DNA from: Saprolegnia diclina VS20
Lineage: Eukaryota
DNA: 64,000 nt
NCBI RefSeq assembly: GCF_000281045.1
Contig: NW_008246070.1
Coordinates: 390,048 to 454,047 of the forward strand
Direction of reading: 5' to 3'
A model generated the notes under the pieces. That model searched no databases. It worked only from the letters and a program-made list of their open reading frames with translations, and had not been told where the DNA came from. The position numbers were made by a program, and so were the translations under genes. The stretch's first letter is position 1, and every line of letters starts with the position of its first letter. Below are positions 10,889 through 23,841 of the stretch, piece after piece.

Positions 10889-13800
10889 ATGAAGCGCGGG
10901 TCCCATGCGTCGCCGGAGCGGTCGGCCAAGAAGGCCAAGGCGCCGGACGCCGAGGCCTCGGGCATCCTCCGCGACCTCCTCCTCAACATCCAGAAGGGCC
11001 ACGCGGAGCCGCTCCTTGCCTCGCTGCTGGCCTTCCACGACGCGATCGAGTGGACGTCGCCGTTGGACTGCGCCGTCTTGCAGGCGTTCCTCGACATCTC
11101 GCCGCGCGCCGACCAGCTCTTGGACCTCTGGGGTAGCTCTGTATGGGTCGACGACAAGAAGCGCGAGCTGTTTGCGCCGCTCATGGAGGTTCTGACGGCG
11201 GTCGCGGCGACGCTCCGAGCGACGAACGTGCCGGCGGCCGAAGCATTCGGCCTCGCGATCCTCAAGAACAAGATGGAGTGGATCACGAAGCAGCTCACGT
11301 GGTCCGACAAGCCGCGCATCGAGCACGCGACGCTCACGCTCTGCACCGAGCTCGTCTCGACCAACGGCCGCCTCGCCCGCGAGTTTGTCCGGCTCTTTGA
11401 TTTTAGCGCCAAGTTCTTCGCCACGCTCAGTAGCCGCCGCGCAAAAGACGTGACGATGCCCGACTCGAGCCGGACCTTCTCGGTGCGCCACAGCTTTGTA
11501 GCCTTTGTGCTGTCGCTCACACACTCCCACGACGAGCACGTGTACCGGTTCATGGTCAAGGCCGACGGCCCGACGCACAGCCTCTTCAAGAGCATCGACG
11601 GCGATACGCTCGCAGACGTGACAGTGATTCTCTCAAGTTTGGAGACGACTGTCCTTGCCAAGGCCGACGTGCTGCACAAGCACAACGTGCTCTCGATGCC
11701 AGCGATTGCGCAGCTGCTCAAGCTCCTCGAGTCGCCCGACGACGCGATCACCGACCTTGCTAAAGCATTTCTGCACCAACTCTTCTTTGCCGACGGTGCT
11801 TTGTACCACGTGAGCCAGATCTCGACGCTGCCCTTCCTGACGAAGAAGGGCGCGAAGGCGCTGCATTTGACCGAGGCCGACGAGGCGCCGACGTCCGTGG
11901 CGGCCAACATCGTCACCAAAGTGCTCAAGTCGTTCAACATTTCCGCGTCGCTCGGTGAACCAAAGCGCGAGGCGCTCCTGCTCGAGTTTCTCAAGCATTA
12001 CCCCGGCCTCGTGCTCCCGCTGTTCGAGTCGTACTTGGTCGTCGTCCAGCCGCGCCCGTCCTTCAAGTGGTTCTCGGCCGCGTCGTTCGTCTTGCAGGCG
12101 CTGCGCCTCCCGCTCACCCCGCTTGCGGCGACGCTGACCGCACACGTCGATGTCTCGTGCCTCGACGGTCTCAAGCAGCTACTGCTGCCCGTAGGCCTCA
12201 CCAAGAGCGTCCTCACAAAAGCGCTGCAACACACAGATATGCTCGTGGTGTACACAACGCTCAACCTCGTGGCCGTCGTCTTGGCCCGCGTCGCGACCGT
12301 CACGGCGCTTCTGTCGAACGAGGTGCGCTCGGTGCTCGAAGCCGACGTGCTGCGCGGGATGCTGCCGCCGCCCGAGGTCATGCTCACGCTCTGCACCAAG
12401 TACCGGCCGTTGGAGACTACGGACCACGCGTCGTCCAAGATGGAGCTTGTGTGCGCGCGGGCCCTCGGCGTGCTCCAGGCGTACTTTGTCTACCTGCCGC
12501 AGACGATGGGCGAGACGAAGTTTGACATTTCCAAGCTGCTGTTGCCGTCGCAGGTCGCGCCGAGCTTGTTGGGCGCGCTCTTGCAGCTGCTCCGCGTCGC
12601 CGAGCCGCACCGCCTTGCGTACATTGTGCACGGCGGCGACGCCGCCAAGTTCCAGTCCCTTTTGCGCCACTGCCTCAGCGCGCAGCCGGCGATCGCGACG
12701 CTCGGACGCCACGTCGTGCGCCGGACGCTCGCCGCGCTCCAGATCTTTGGCCTTGCCCCGGTGCACGACAACCACACGCCGCACGAAATCGACGTGTGGC
12801 TCGCTCAACTCGGCCGGCATCCGAACGCGCTTGCGTTCTTCGACAGCCTCGTGCGGGCCGTGGCCGCGAATCCGTTTGCGTGCCCTGGGGCGCCGTCGGC
12901 GAGCCCCGTCACGCGTGCGCTTCTCTCGTACTTGAGCAGCGCCGAGATGCCGCTGCAGCTCAAGGTCACCGACATGGCGGCCGCCACCGCATTTGGCGTC
13001 GCTGTGCTTCGTAACCTCCAATCGCTCTCGGTGGCGCCCCGCGAGCTCGCGCCGTCGAAGGTCGAGCGCGACCCGATCGGCGTCGTTGCCGCCTTTGTCG
13101 CAGCATGCACGAGCGTCGAAACAAAGGTCGCCAAGTCGTATGCACGCACGCTGACGCCCGCCACGTCCCTCGAGGCGCTGTCGGCTACCGAGTCGCTGGT
13201 CGTCACGGAGCCGCTATTGATCGCGGCCGTCGCGCACCGCTTCGTAGCGATGGAGCAGTACTTGTCCACGCATGGCACGGCCTCGCTCTTCGACTCGGAC
13301 GTGCTGCGATCCGGCTTTGGCAAGCCGTCGACCAAGAAGCGCTGCATCGTGACGCACTTTTTCGCGACCGCGCCGACCCACGTCGTGCTCACGTCGCTCT
13401 TCCACCCGCACGTGCTGCTTCGCGGCGGCCAAAGCTTTGTACCATCAACGTCGGCGCTGCAGTCGTACCTTGCAACGCGCTTGGCGACACCGGACGCGAG
13501 CGCGGCCGTCGCGGCCCTGGACCTCGTCCACAGCCTCGCCATGTACCTTGCCCGCCACAAGAAGGTATCGTGCCAAGGACCTCTCGCTTTGTCTCATGGA
13601 GTGTGTAGAACATCGCGTCGACGAAATCGTATGTGAAAGCCATGCGCGCGGCCGTCACAGCGCTCCAGCAGCTCCTCGTGCACGTGGCCATGGACAGCGT
13701 GACCCTCCACGCGTCATTTTGGCACAGCGTGTGGGCGCACCACGCCGAAGTGCTCGCGATCGTCGCGACGTCGGACGACGCCGTGCTCCGTGCCTGGGCG

Positions 13801-16680
13801 ATGCTGCCGTACGCCCTGGCGTCGCTCTTCCCCGAGGCGTACCTGCCCAAGCTTCTGACGCCGTGGGGCGAGACAGGGCCGCTCGCGATCGCGATGGCCA
13901 CGCACGCGTCGCCAACCGAAGTCCACGACCTCCTTGACGCGATGCTGTCGACTCCGCGTCCGAACGTGCGCCTCGTGCTGCATCTTCTCGATCTCTCGGC
14001 ACACGCGACGCTGCCCCGCCCGTCGCTCTTTGCGCGCGTCGTTGCGATTGCGCTCGGTCACCCGACGACGGTGTCGCCCAAGGCGTGGCTGCTGCACTAC
14101 ATCCAGCAGCACCACGTGGCCGACAATGCGCTCTTGGCGTCCGTGTTTGACTTGTGCTGGAGCGACGTCTCGAGCGTCCTGCATCTCTCGCTGCTGCAAG
14201 AGCTCGTCGTCAAGAACGCCAAGTGCCGACTCGCATTCGCGTCGCTCCGGTCGTCGAGCCAGCTCTTGAACGAGGCGTCGCTGCCCGGTGTCTTGGCGGT
14301 TGCGGCCACGTACCTCCAGTCGGCGCCTCTCTCGTCCGACTGCGTCGCTTGGGTGCGTGACATCATTGTGCCCACGTGCGTCGACGCGATCCTCAACGAC
14401 GCCAACACTTCCATGACGTCGCTTGCGTCCGTTCTGGAAGCGCTGCCGGAGCACACTAGTAGCGGAGACGTCGACTTTCTCGTCGACGGGCTGCTCCAGA
14501 ACAAGGGCAAATCGCTGTCGCCGGCGCAGCTCCAGGTCTTTGTGCTCGCGACCAAGCACTACGACCTGGCGCCACACGCGTTCAAGCTGCTCCAGTTTGC
14601 GCTGCAGCAGCTGTCGCGCGCACCCCATGGTGTCGCAGGTGACGCGAGCGCGTACATTGTCGAGACGCTCCTCGTGGCCCACGTACGCGACATAAAGAAG
14701 CTACCGACGATCGCCGCGCAGTCGGTTGTCAAGGCACTCGTGGCGAACCACGCATGGCTGACCGCGCCAGCTCTGCACCGCGCGATCAAGACCATGGCTG
14801 TGCTGCTGCCGGTCGACTTTATGCCGCTCGCCCGTGTCATCGTGACGGCGCTGCCGCAGCTGCAGCTCGAGTCGACGCTCGTGGACGCTTTGGCAGCGAT
14901 CCTCGCGACGGCACCCGACGGCACTACCGACGATTTAGTCGATCTGGCGCTGCTCAAGGCGCTGCTGAGTCGGTACGGTGCGTCCTTGTCGCCGGTCGAC
15001 GTGGCGCTGCAGAGCGTGCTCTCGCTGCTCGAGACCAAGTTTGACGTACGCTTGGAGACTGCGCACTACTGCTTTGGGCGCGCCAACCACGTCGCCTCGT
15101 CGTCGCTCTCGAGCATCAAGTCGCACTGGCTCCTCGAAGAGATCGAGCCGGCGCGCATGCGCAAGAGCATCGAGTACTTTCCGCTCCAACGGTCGTTCTC
15201 GGGCGGCGCCGTCGACGACGACCAAGAGGCGAGCGTGTACGACCCGGCGTTCTTCCTCCCGCTCGTCGCCCACACGCTGTCGACGAGCCACATTCCGGAC
15301 AAGCAGCTCCTCCAGTCGGGCATCCTCGGGTAGGCTCTCGGCATCCATTGTCTAGCTTTGTGTATCGCAGTTGTCTGATGACTATGTGTACAGGTATGCG
15401 ATTTGCGCGCTCTCGGCCGAAGACGACACGATCCGCGCGTATGCATATGGCATTGTGGCGTCGGCGCACGAAGCCATGAGCGTCACCGCGCGGTCGCACG
15501 ATTTTCACGAGCGGCGGCAGATCCACTTGCTCCTCGAGACGCTCAAGAACGGCGTCCGGTCGACGCACGAGCGGCTGCCGTCGCTCCTCACGGTCTTTGC
15601 CAACGACGCGATCTCGGTCCTGCTGCGCCCGGGGCACGCCATGTACCCGCTCATCAACGCGTTTTTGCTGGCGCGGTCGGCGCTCGACACGACCGACGTA
15701 CCCATGTTTTACACGCTCTTCAACTCGAGCGCGACCACGTACCGCCAAGAACGGTCGTGGCTCCTGCACATTGTGCGTCCATTTGCTTCGTGGATGGATT
15801 GAAACATTGATATTTTACGATTTGCTAGATCAAGCGCGGCGTCCGGCTCAACATTGACGTCGACCTGCTCCAGCGCCGCCACGTGTTTGCCATTCTGCTC
15901 ACGTTCTTCGACTCGCCGCTTGCGGACGCGTACACGCAAGACTTTGTGCTGCACATTCTGAGCCGGTCCGTCGCGACCCCCCACGGCGTCTTTACGCTCG
16001 TCCACAAATTTGGGCTCCTCGCGTGGCTCGAGTGCGCGCTGCTCCGCCATGCGAGTAGCGACGTCATCGTCCACTGGCTCCTCTCGATCGCGACGACGGC
16101 CATCGAGGTACCCTTGCTCCCGTCAACACCATCTTAGTTTGGATGCAGGCGTACGAGTCGGCCGAGAAGAACGACGCCAAGTACCGGCTCAACGTCGTGA
16201 CGCAGCTCCAACAGCTTTGCAAGTCGATGATGCAGCTTGCGTCGTCGCTGCCCGCGACCTGCACACCCCTTCTTTCGCGGCTGCTGTCCCAGGTAATACT
16301 TCACCCGTCGATAGTTTATGCCTCATTAAAACTAGTACGTGGCGTTTGGGCTGGCGTCGGCCGACACGGATCTGTGGTTTTCGCTGGACCTTGTCGAGAG
16401 CTTGGTGGCCCGCGCGACGGTGGACGAGGCGCGTGACGTCGCACAGCTTGTCGCTCGCTGCTTTGCGCGGGTGCCCGACGCGGCGCGGTCGATGCAGTTT
16501 GCGCCGGCCACGTACGCGCGCTGGGCGTCCCTCAGCGCTTTTGTCGGCGCGCATCTGAGCGGCGATTTGCCGCAGACGTTCCCAGCGACGCTCCACGTCT
16601 TGCTGGACGCTTCGCCGGCGTTTGCGTCTGCCGTCCACAACGATTTGCCGCGCGGGCAGTTGCACGTGTGCCTCTCGTAG
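10889..16680 (+). CDS. URB1: Nucleolar pre-ribosomal-associated protein 1 (URB1/Npa1), multi-exon
   Basis: Npa1 N-terminal region: LAREFVRLFDF, VRHSFVAFVLSL, LFKSIDGD...ILSSLETTVL. NopRA1 region: VYDPAFFLP, LSAEDDTIRAYAY, QIHLLLETLKN, HAMYPLINAFLL, DVPMFYTLFNS...QERSWLLHI. Confidence 0.88.
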
Positions 16681-16775
16681 GCATATTCGCCTTGGTTAAT
16701 TTCATTTTCTCTCGATATGTTGGTGTCTTGATACATTCTTGATACATTGAAACATGTGCTAGCTCGTCGATATGA

Positions 16776-19700
16776 CTAGTCTGCGAAGAAGTCGTCTGGC
16801 GGCGCTTGGTTGAGGGGCTGCACAAAGCTGGGGAACGTGCGTCGACGCATCTTGTCGAGCTCCATGCGCATAAACTCAATCTCATCCGTCTGGGCTTTGG
16901 CGAGGTCCACGAGCTTGCGCCGCACTGTGATGGCCTTCATCTTGCTGCTGGGCTTGGCCGGCGCGGCCTTGGCGCTTCGCCGGCTCGCGCGAATGTCCTC
17001 CCGGATCTGGATATGGGTCTGGAGCTCGTTGAGCTGGCGCTGAAACTGGTCGTTCTCACGCAGGCGGTCGGCGAGCGTCGCGTGGAGCGACTGCAGCACC
17101 TTGTGCTGCTTGACCGCGTTCGCTTCGTGGCTCTTGCCCATGTACGCTAACTTGGCCTCGAGCAAATGCTGTTCGCGCTTGAGCTTCTCGCTCGAGTCAC
17201 CGGTCGTAAAGATCTCCTGGAGGTTCTTCGTCACACGCAAGAGCTGCAGGTCCGTGTAGTGGTCGTCCATGTTCTTCTTCTGCATGCCGAGGTACGCATG
17301 GTCCCACTCCATCAAGTTGATATTTTTGCGAAAGTTCTTGATCTTGGAGAGGATCCCGACTTGGTCCTTGCCGTGCAGCAAGATGGTCTCGTTGAGGCGC
17401 TCGACGGCCGCGCGGCAAATGAGCAGCGCCGACTCGGACTCTTCGCAGAGCGTCTTGACATCGTCGCCGCTCGCTTCGTCCTGGCCTTGCTTGATCTTGA
17501 CGAGAATCGGGAGGTTCTCGCTCGACAGTCGAATCGACGCGTCGAGCTCGAGGCGTTCGTTCTTGCACCGAGTCAGCTTGGCCCCGAGCTGAGTCAGCTT
17601 GAACTGGGACGCTTCAAACACCTCTTTGGCTTCCGCAAATGCGTCGGCTTTGCCTTTGACAATGTGCTCGGCGTGGATCTTGCGCGCGCGGCAGTCGTTG
17701 AGCGCTGCCCAGACCGGCGAGTCGTGCGCGATCGCTTCCGGTCGGTCGGCGTCGGCGTCCAGCGGCAGCACCTTGCGCACCTCATGCTTCTTGCGGGACT
17801 TGAGGTCCAGAAACGCGAACGGGTCGTTGGACTCGTCGTTGGACAAGAGTGCGTCGGCAACGCCCCCGTTTGCGTCGCCGTCTTGGACGAGGACGCGGCT
17901 CGAGCCTTGCTTGGCGACCTTGAGGCTATTCTTGCGCCGAAGGGCGCCAATCGCCGCGAGCTTCTTGCTGCTGTCGCCCGTTGCGTCGTCCACCGACCGG
18001 CGCTTGCGATACAGCTCGGTGAGCGATCGCAGCACGTCGTGCTCGAGCGGGACGCCCGCGGCCTCTTCGATTTCGCGCGAAAACGCTTTCTCGAGCGCCT
18101 TGTCGTCCTCGATGGCCTTGTGCCACTCGTCCTTGCAGCTCTCGAGGCGCGACTCGAACTGCGCATGGTCGCCGTTGAGCGACGCTATCTCGGTTTCCAC
18201 ACCTGCCATCTCGGACGAGAGGCTCAGAAGGTCGTGGCAAATATGTTCGTGGCTCATGAGCACGTCGCCGAGCCGGAGCACGTACATTTGCTGCGTAAGA
18301 ACACTAAGACGCGTCGCAAGGTATAGCTCCTGCAGCAGCTTGAGCTTGTCGTCAAAGCCGCGGCAAATGTCGGCAATGTCGGCTTTGAGCTTCTTGAGCT
18401 CGAGGTCGAGCGACTTTTTGTACTTTTCTTTCTCGTCCGCGATGCGCGCGGCCTCGGCGTCGTACGCGGCGAGCTTGAGCTTTTGCTCGGGCGTGAGCTC
18501 GTCGGTTGGCGTCTCGTCCATCCACGGCTCCCGGACGAGGCTCGAGCCCTGCACCAGCTCCTTCTTGACCTCGAGCGTGCCGTTCATCATGTCGCGGAGC
18601 GCGCGGCCGGCGACGTCGTCCTTTTGGTTGCGCGCCTCGAGTGCGCGTGCGGCCGCTTCGGCGGCTTCCCGCGCATTCCGCTTCTCATCCGTCTCGTACG
18701 GCGTCTTGGTCATTTCGTCCGGACGAAGTGTGAGCACCGAGTCGGCGACCTCGTCCGCACTCCACGTGTACACGGTTGGCGATTCGAGCACTTGGAGTTC
18801 GGCGCCAATCTCTCGGATCCGAGTGTTCTTGGCTTCGATCTCGTCCATCTTGGCTTCTTTGAGGCGCGCGAGCTCGTCAAAGTCCTTGTTGTACTCGCCG
18901 AGGAGCTGCCGCTCGTACGCCAAGAGCAGTGCGATCTGCGTGCGCTGCTGCTTGCGCGTGCGGATCATGGCCGGGTGGTAGATCAGGTCCACGAGTCGCA
19001 CGGGGGCTGCGAGATCAAACTCGTCGGGCTTTGGCGGTGGCGCCTCGCGCTTCCCGAGCGTTGGGTGGAGCAAGCCCGCGTTGACCATCCAAGAGATACC
19101 GGGCGGAATCAAGTCGGCGTGGTGGTACCCGGCCGACGTCCGCCGGCGCGCCGACCGCACCGACTCACTCGGCTCAAGCCGCGCCAACTGATACTCGAGC
19201 TGCCGGAGGCGCTGGACTGCGGCTTCGCGCCGCTTCTCGTTGGCCGCGAGCTTGCGCGTCGGGAGGTTGTACACGATCAGGTCTGTGTTGGTGAGGCCTT
19301 TGAGCACGACGCCCTTCGTGTCGCCCGTGTCCCAGAACTCGGCCTTCATGCGCTCGCGCACAATGTTCATTTCAGCGATCTGCCGGCCAATGTGCGACCG
19401 GACGTCGGCCGCGCGCGCCGCGTTTTGCGCCAAGAGAGACGCTTCGAGGTCGCGGTTGATGACAAATTCGTCGCGTGCGAGCGCCTCGATCTCGGGCAGC
19501 TCGGCGTTGTGCGCTAGCATCGTCTTGAGCTTGAGCTGGAGGTCGCTCAGCGGGCCGCGGATCTTGTCTTTGATGGCGTCAAACTTGGCTCGTGCCAGGC
19601 TGTCTTGCTCGTCGGCGTACACTTCGAGAAAAGGCCGCCCGTCGTCATTGAGGTGCCAGCGCGGCGCCTTCTTCTCTGGCTCATTCGAGCGCCTTCCGAG

Positions 19701-22015
19701 GTTGACGTAGAGCGGTGACGCGCCTTCCGAGACTGCTTTCACAAGGCTCAACCCGTGCTCGGGCTTGAGCTCGATGCAGAAGATGGCGCCGTCGACGCCC
19801 GAGCTGTACACATACGTGGCGTCCTCTGCGTGCGAAAACACGATCGCCGTGATCGCGCCGGCGTGCAGCACGATGCTCTTTTGCTTGGCGATGTGCCACA
19901 CCGTGTCCTTGAGCGTCGCCCCGACCGTCGTGGGCTGGAGCAGCCATATCGAGAGGGTTCCGTCGGCCGCCCCCGTCGCAAAGATCTCGGCGCCGTCCCG
20001 CGACGCCAACGGGCTCTTGGCAATCGCCGTCAGCGGTTTTGCGTGGGCGTCGGCGTGCAGCGAGCTCGCCTCGACGCACTTGATCGTCTTGGGCGCGTCG
20101 TTGATGCGCAGTACACTCATGTGCTTGGCGCTAAAGTTGACGTACGTCAGCAGCTTGAGCGCATGGGACGCGCTTAGAAAGACGCCGCGTTGGGCGACGG
20201 TCGCGGCAGCAAAGGCGCCGAGGAGGCCAAGGTGAAACTCGATCGCAATACGCTCGTCCAAGTTGATCAGCGCGCAGTAGAACATCTCGTGGCCAACGGA
20301 GGCGACAAAGGCGGACGTTTCGAGGCTCGAGGTCGGCACCCACTTGACCATCGAGAGGTGCGCGCTCGGACTCGGGCCCTGGGCGAACCCGAGGATGCGA
20401 AATTGGCGCTCCGGGTCCAACGACATGACGTACACGACGTGGCTGCTCGAGGACGCGACGAGCGCGAGGGCGGACGCCGGGTGGATCTCGATGAGATCGA
20501 TCGCTGTTGTGCATACGCGCGCGCAGTGAATCGGCGACACGTCGATGGAAGCCGTGGCGACTTTGGCGACGCTGAGGATGCGCACGTGGCCGGTCGAGTC
20601 GCCTACGACGACGATCGGGTCCAAGTACCGCGCGGCCAAGGCCGTGATGACGGCTTTGGACGCCGACTCGAAGAGGTCGGTGAGCGACAAGACGGAGATG
20701 CCCTTGCAGCTCTGAACGGTCCAAAAGTAGAGCGCGCCGGAGATGCCGCCCGAGACGACGACCGCATCGTTGGTCGTGCCGCCCGCGGGGATGAGCAGCG
20801 ACATGCTCAGGACAGCGCCCGTGTGGTAGCCGCCGAGCTTGTTGAGCAGCGACGCGGCGTTGGCGGCCGACGACTTTTCGTCTTCGTCGATGTCGATGAG
20901 CGCCTTGAGCTCGTAGAGGCCGCCGCCCGAGCTGCCGAGCACAATGCGCGCATGGCTGGGTGAAAGCCCGAGGGCGACGAGCCGCTCGCCGGCGGGCAGG
21001 GCCACCTAACTTGTGTATCACTCGCGAGCCAAGAGCGGAAGCGGGTACCGTTTGCAGCACAGAAAAATCTTGGTCGTGGAGCCAGCGCACAGATCCGTCC
21101 GAGAAGCCAGCGACGAGGCACTCGGCTGTGAGCACGAGCGACGTGAGCACGACAGTGCGCGAGAGGACGACGACCGCGACGATCTCTCCGCGCGTCGGGT
21201 CGAATTTGACGAGCTCGCCCATGCGGTTGGCGGCGTACAGCTTGCCGTCCTTGCTCCAGCAGTGGCACGAGTACTCGCGGCGCTTCTCGGCCGCTTCGTC
21301 GGACGAGAGCGCGCTGCCGGCGTACTCGCCTGTCGCAGTGACGAGGCGCTCGGACGTTCGCGCGGCGTCCAGACGGCTGAGGCAAAAGGTCTTTTGGACC
21401 TTGCAGACGCGCCAAAACACAATGCCGTGGTCGCCGCCCAGGACAAATTGGTCGGGGTTGAGCGGGTTGAAGGACGCGAACGAGTACCGGTGCGGCAGCG
21501 TCGCGAGGCAGCCTTCGATCGCGTCAAAGTGGTCGAGGTCCCACACCCGCAGCTACACATGCGTTTCAGCTACCTATCGCCATAGCGCATGGATCGCTAC
21601 CTGGTTGCCTTGGTCGGTGCCCAGCGACAAGAGGCGTGAGCCGCAGCGCGAAAACTTGAGCAAGTGGTACTCGAACGCCGCCGTGTCGTTGGGCAGCCGG
21701 CCTTTCCAGCGCTATGTGCTCCGTATAAGTGTCACGACAGCGTGCATGAGCGAGTACCTTGTCGGGCAGCGTGTATATGTCGATGCTCGCGTTCTCTTCG
21801 CAGGCGGCGAGCGCAATCGAGGCCGTCTTGGGGTTGACGTCAAAGGCCACAATGCGCGAGGCCTTGGCCCGCGGTAAAAAGTGCTGCGAGTTGCTCACGA
21901 CGGACGAGAACTTGAGGAGGTTGCCGCAGCGCGTCACCACCGTGTGCTCGTCCGCGAGGACGACGTCGCCGCCTTCGTACGCGAACGCATGCTTGGCGAC
22001 CGCGTCCAGCGACAT
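16776..22015 (-). CDS. CFAP43: Cilia- and flagella-associated protein 43 (WD40 repeats plus long coiled coil); about 3 introns near the 5' end
   Basis: N-terminal WD40 repeats and a long coiled coil. The C-terminal RRKLVDLAKAQTDEIEFMRMELDKMRRRTFPSF, VKIKQGQDE and DLQLLRVTKNLQ motifs match CFAP43/WDR96. Confidence 0.88.
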
Positions 22016-22662
22016 TGGATTCTGCGATCTTTGCGAAAGGACGCGCGTGGTTTTTCACCACTGGCGCCATATGGAATGTGTGAAAAAGGTGTGAATCGCG
22101 CGGTGATCTCGAAGGATCGCTCTCGAAAGGCGTTGTTGAACACACGGAGAAATGGCGCCACTACAGTGTACCAAGCGTCGTCTCGAAGCGTCACTGCCCC
22201 AGCATGTGCGATCAGCAGCTCAATTGACACTGGCCAGCGCACGACAGAGAGTAGGCTATCTCTGTTGCGTGCAACGGCAAGGTCCTCGCGTGTGAAAAGA
22301 CTTGGCGTTGGGCAAGTGTGAATATCTGCTCGTGCGCTGCAGCGAGGGCGGCAGGCCCTTGGCGACCCGTTGATGAGCAGAGCGAATAGAGCGTGTTGTG
22401 CGTGTCGTGTGCAAAAGGTGGGAAACTTGTGTGAAATGCGTGTCCTTGCACTTTGCCGTTTTCAAACTGCAGCGATTCGATTGGCTCTTTTCTGCCAATG
22501 CGCTGCGACGATGGGCGAGCGAATCACCGACTCGAAGCAGATGTTCTGCTCGTTGATTGGCCAAAATGAAACGGCCACGACTGGTGGTCCACCACGCCAT
22601 TGGTCTGCGACATGAAGGCGCGTGGAGAACTTCCGAGAAACAATCTTCAATCTTCATTCATC

Positions 22663-23798
22663 ATGGCGTCGTACTCTTCCGCGCTCTCGGACGACTCGTC
22701 GGAGCTCATGCAGGTGCTCAGCGACCCCAAGTACCGCCACTTTATTGGCGGCGCCGTCGGTGGCATGACCGCCGCCATCATCACGTCGCCGCTCGAGGTC
22801 ATCAAGACGCGCCTCCAAACCAAGCTCGGCCGGTACCACCTGCCCATACATTGCCGTTGCTGACGCTATGCTGTAGGAGCGACATGGCGCGCGCGTGCAA
22901 TCAAAACCTCTCAACCCTGAACGTCCTGCGCACCATCTTGCGCAACGGTATCGCTTCATCAAGCCGTATGGATCTTTACATCTTTGTTGTTGCGATAGAG
23001 AGTGTCTTTGGCCTCTGGCGTGGCATCACGCCCAACCTCCTCGGTGTCATTCCCGCGCGCGCTGCCTACTTTGGCTGCTACGCCAAGTTCAAGGGCCTCT
23101 GCAACGACCACGGCTTCTCGGGCACCGCGACCAACTTTGGCTCGGCCGCGGCCGCCGGGTGCATGACTGCGTCCGTGCTCAGCCCGATCTTTGTCGTCAA
23201 GACCCGCATGCAGCTCATGCCGACGCACGTCGCGCAGGCCAGCGTCGACGTGCACATGAAGAACGTCTCCCAAACGCTGCCATTGGCGGGCGGCAAGATG
23301 CTGCGCTTGAACCTCAACGGCAGCGGCGCGTCGTTTGCGCTCTCGCCGATCAAGTCTACACCCTCCAAGTTTTACTCGATGCACGAAGTTGCGATCAGCA
23401 TGTACAAGGAGGAGGGCGCCCGCGCCTTCTTCAAAGGCCTCTCGGCGTCGTACTGGGGCGTCTCGGAGGGGGCGATCCAGCTCGCGCTCTACGAAGAGCT
23501 GAAAAGCCGCCTCGACGAACCGTCCAAGCTCCAGCTCTTCTTCCTCGCTGGCCTTTGCAAGCTCACGGCCGCGGCCGCCACGTACCCGCACGAGGTCGTC
23601 CGGACGCGCATGCGCGACCAGCGCACGCCGATCGACGGGTCCCCCGCCAAGTACCGCGGCATGTTTCAGAGCATCGCGACCATCTACAAGGCCGAGGGCA
23701 CGCGTGGCCTCTACGGCGGCATGCCGGCGCACCTCATGAAGACGGTCCCAAACGCAGCGATCATGTACGTCGTCCTCGAGATGGTGGTCGAAAGCTAA
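22663..23798 (+). CDS. Mitochondrial carrier, Rim2/SLC25A33/36-like (pyrimidine nucleotide carrier); 2 introns
   Basis: Carrier signatures PLEVIKTRLQ, PIFVVKTRMQ and PHEVVRTRMR. Also GLWRGITPNLLGVIPARAAYF and KGLSASYWGVSEGAIQ. Confidence 0.88.
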
Positions 23799-23841
23799 GC
23801 GTCGGCGCTACCCATTATTTAACGAAATTTCAAGCACTGTA

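Noticed and set aside
22264..22275. X-box-like GTTGCGTGCAAC upstream of CFAP43
   Set aside because: It is an imperfect single match, and RFX factors are not known in stramenopiles.
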